Source: a virus. Taken from it: 64,000 nt of DNA. This document shows, in pieces, positions 63,235-64,000 of the stretch. The position numbers were made by a program, and so were the translations under genes. The DNA is taken from IMG/VR virus record IMGVR_UViG_3300005436_000501, positions 32,001 to 96,000 of that record; one strand, 5' to 3'. How positions within the stretch are numbered: position 1 is the stretch's first letter; each line of letters starts with the position of its first letter. The notes beneath the pieces are model-generated. The model was given only the letters and a program-made list of their open reading frames with translations, did not search any database and was not told the DNA's origin.

Positions 63235-63407
63235 TGCGGGGGTCGGCGGGTCCACGTGGTCGTTCCGATGCCGCACAGGTGCAGCGCGACGCAGACGAGG
63301 CCTGCGAGGATGAGGCTGGTCGGGGAGAACCAGGCGTTGGTGTGGTCGCCGGATCCTGAGAGGACGAAACCGATCCCGAAGAGGATCGCGGCGATGATGG
63401 CGAGCAT
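63231..63407 (-). CDS. Small two-TM membrane protein
   Basis: Two hydrophobic helices. Confidence 0.65.
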   Translation of the reverse strand: MLAIIAAILFGIGFVLSGSGDHTNAWFSPTSLILAGLVCVALHLCGIGTTTWTRRPPQ

Positions 63408-63409
63408 GC

Positions 63410-63958
63410 TCAGCCGGCGGGCGCGGGGGCGGGCTGGTCGGTGACCGGTCCGGCGGTCAGGCCCAGCGAGGTGGCCGGGCCGCTGACGACGTCGAACACG
63501 AACGGCGCCGAGTTGCCGGACGCGTCGGTCGCGGTGAGGGTGACGCCGGTCGCGGGGATAGCGCCGAGCAGGGTGACCGAGAGGGTGTCGGCGGACACCT
63601 CGAGCGGCTTGACGGCGGTGGTGTTGTCGACGGTCCACTCGACGGTGTCGCTGGTGGGCTGACCGGCGGCGTCCTTGGGGGTGGCGGTGATGACGACCTG
63701 CTGGCTGTCGCCGAGTTCGAGCGCCATGTCTTCTCCTGTGGTGGTGGGGGCGACCGCGCCGGTGCGCTGGTCGGTGATGGGTCCTGCGGTCAGGTCGAGT
63801 GAGAGCGGCGCGATGAGCCAGGCGTAGATCTCTTCGGCGGCGTCGAGGATCTCCTCGGTGCGCTGGTCGAGGCCTGCGCGGCGGGGGCCCATTTCGTTTG
63901 CGTCGATGCGGGCGGCGAGGTCTGCGGCGGCTTCACGCAGGCGCATCCGGTCGCTCAT
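63410..63958 (-). CDS. Protein with C-terminal Ig-like domain (internal RBS+ATG at 63727)
   Basis: ITATPKDAAG..VEWTV..; AGGAGaagacATG in frame. Confidence 0.6.
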   Translation of the reverse strand: MSDRMRLREAAADLAARIDANEMGPRRAGLDQRTEEILDAAEEIYAWLIAPLSLDLTAGPITDQRTGAVAPTTTGEDMALELGDSQQVVITATPKDAAGQPTSDTVEWTVDNTTAVKPLEVSADTLSVTLLGAIPATGVTLTATDASGNSAPFVFDVVSGPATSLGLTAGPVTDQPAPAPAG

Positions 63959-64000
63959 GTCGCCTCCGGTTCGTTGTGGTCCAGTGCCGAGCGTGGTCAG

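Larger units (their letters stand above)
1..64000. mobile_element. Temperate siphovirus of a high-GC actinomycete (structural, lysis, integration/immunity and replication modules); both window edges lie within phage sequence
   Basis: Terminase, portal, capsid, tail tube, tape measure, endolysin, serine integrase, repressor, prim-pol/helicase and WhiB are all present; dense GTGA/ATGA/TGATG gene overlaps; no housekeeping genes. Confidence 0.97.

Noticed and set aside
1-64000. tRNA or rRNA genes, reverse transcriptase/DGR, IS transposase
   Set aside because: No cloverleaf, YxDD RT motif, TR/VR pair or DDE transposase recognised by eye; tRNAscan and HMM searches would be needed to exclude them fully

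Overview
All 64 kb belong to one high-GC (actinomycete-type) temperate siphovirus; no host genes are visible. Almost all genes run on the minus strand. From the right end the order is: virion-associated genes, terminase small and large subunits, portal fused to a MuF-like domain and carrying a LAGLIDADG intein, prohead protease/scaffold, major capsid, head-tail and tail genes, tape measure, tail tip/fibre. Next come an unusual lysis region (SGNH esterase, PLD-family protein, antisense HNH endonuclease, DUF1003 protein, GH25-like endolysin, membrane and collagen-like proteins), a large serine integrase, and a cI/cro-type switch with perfect palindromic operators. A long translationally coupled early operon follows (RecT-like, Cas4-like nuclease, RNAP alpha-CTD-like, DUF1643, MmcB-like, ASCH, RusA, prim-pol, helicase, SSB, XF1762, WhiB1/WblE-like). 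The clearest hidden feature is a 1055-nt group I intron (49980-51034) splitting the major capsid gene, with a DUF559/Vsr-like endonuclease in its P8 loop; splicing restores a 581-aa capsid frame. Other points: an iteron-like GGGAACA cluster after the helicase (candidate origin), low-GC codon patches on conserved motifs near the three selfish endonucleases, a G8 frameshift, and a His/Lys/Arg-rich protein in the virion operon. The integrase sits mid-genome with phage genes on both sides, so this looks like the unintegrated (attP) form. All product calls come from motif recognition by eye; no database searches were run.
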